DNA of 32,000 nt from assembly GCA_026625185.1 (NCBI GenBank), contig CP113000.1, forward strand, positions 1,755,622-1,787,621. Reading direction: 5' to 3'. Positions 31,327 through 32,000 of this stretch are shown piece by piece. How positions within the stretch are numbered: position 1 is the stretch's first letter; the number at the start of each line of letters is the position of its first letter. The notes beneath the pieces are model-generated. The model was not told where the DNA came from and searched no databases. It saw nothing but the letters and a program-made list of their open reading frames with translations. The position numbers were made by a program, and so were the translations under genes. This stretch comes from Thermodesulfobacteriota bacterium. GTDB lineage: Bacteria; Desulfobacterota; WTBG01; JAGOGO01.

Positions 31327-32000
31327 ATGAGAAAAACAAGAAAATTTATTTTTAGCATGGTTCTGCTGCTGATGGTTTTATCATTCGCTCTTCCGGCAGC
31401 GGCCCAAATTTATAACGTGGGTGGCAAAGAAGTAACCGCGGATGGTTTTTTCCGCCAGGAGTTTCTTTTTAATACCAATGGCAACAGCAAATATAACACC
31501 AATCAAACCGGCTTAAACGGTGCCTACCAGATGTGGCTGGTGGATACCAACCTCAAATGGAACGATAACCTCGAATTTCGGGGAATCTTCCGGATGTGGG
31601 GCGACCTGGCCTATTATATGCTGAAAGATAATAATCACTTCCAGCACTTCTTTGCCGGTTCAGAACGACAACTTGCCTGGGATACCAACTGGGACCAGAT
31701 AGTCCGGGAGCTTTATTTTACCTATTCTAATGATAAGATTTTGTTCCGCGCCGGAAGACAGCAGATCGGCTGGGGAGAAGCGGACGGCCTGCGGGTCATG
31801 GATCTTATCAACCCGCTCGACGCCCGGCGGATGTTCCAGTTTTACGACACGGAAGGGTACGAGGAAGTCCGGATTCCGAAGCTGATTATCAAGACCGAAT
31901 TTTACACGGGCAATATCTGGAAATTTTACGACACCGCGGTTGAGCTTTACTGGAACCCCGGAGACATCAAGCGATTTGGCGATCTTTTACCACCCCATCT
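31327..32000 (+). CDS. DUF1302-family outer-membrane protein, N-terminal part (continues beyond the window)
   Basis: Not in the ORF track because no stop lies within the window. TAAGGAGG lies 7 nt upstream of ATG 31327. It has a signal peptide (MRKTRKFIFSMVLLLMVLSFALPAAAQ). FRAGRQQIGWGEADGLRVMDLINPLD is the hallmark DUF1302 string as I recall it. Confidence 0.7.
   Translation, partial: MRKTRKFIFSMVLLLMVLSFALPAAAQIYNVGGKEVTADGFFRQEFLFNTNGNSKYNTNQTGLNGAYQMWLVDTNLKWNDNLEFRGIFRMWGDLAYYMLKDNNHFQHFFAGSERQLAWDTNWDQIVRELYFTYSNDKILFRAGRQQIGWGEADGLRVMDLINPLDARRMFQFYDTEGYEEVRIPKLIIKTEFYTGNIWKFYDTAVELYWNPGDIKRFGDLLPPH

Overview
This 32-kb window looks like it comes from an anaerobic, diderm, moderately AT-rich bacterium. 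I cannot assign a taxon from sequence alone. There is no rRNA, no CRISPR array and no intact transposase.

Left third (about 1.4-11.6 kb, + strand): a colinear central-metabolism module. It holds etfB-etfA, transcarboxylase-type carboxyltransferase 12S and 5S subunits, a two-subunit class I fumarase, an NAD(P) malic enzyme and a biotin carboxylase. This is the enzyme set of the methylmalonyl-CoA (propionate/succinate) pathway. The module is visibly eroded. It contains a 366-bp MITE-like IS5-family remnant, a roughly 45-codon N-terminal stump of a fumarate reductase/succinate dehydrogenase flavoprotein, and a graveyard of IS256-like and ISL3-like fragments right after the biotin carboxylase. 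No biotin-carrier domain is encoded anywhere in the window.

Middle: a CBS-pair protein, a HAD hydrolase and a flavin reductase-like protein. These are followed by a five-gene ybhGFSR-like exporter operon on the - strand (HlyD, two ABC ATPases, two ABC-2 permeases) and tRNA-Arg(CCT).

Next to the tRNA is a low-GC islet of about 1.9 kb. It encodes an XRE regulator, a DpnI-like methyl-directed restriction endonuclease and a small Cys-containing ORF. Two unusual non-coding repeat arrays bracket it.

Right third: a Cys-rich membrane-anchored Fe-S protein, an extended YeiH-family membrane protein plus an unlisted small membrane ORF, a Qng1/DUF2419-like queuosine salvage protein, a stand-alone CBM48 domain and an orphan hisF. 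It ends with a Ycf48-like propeller / MMPL-RND / DUF1302 envelope cluster that runs off the window.

I do not see a convincing new multi-gene system. The most interesting unexplained signals are non-coding: a phased TGTC repeat array, a 36-bp tandem hairpin array, and a short repeat dispersed over three loci. The DpnI-like islet and the Cys-rich Fe-S protein also deserve a second look.
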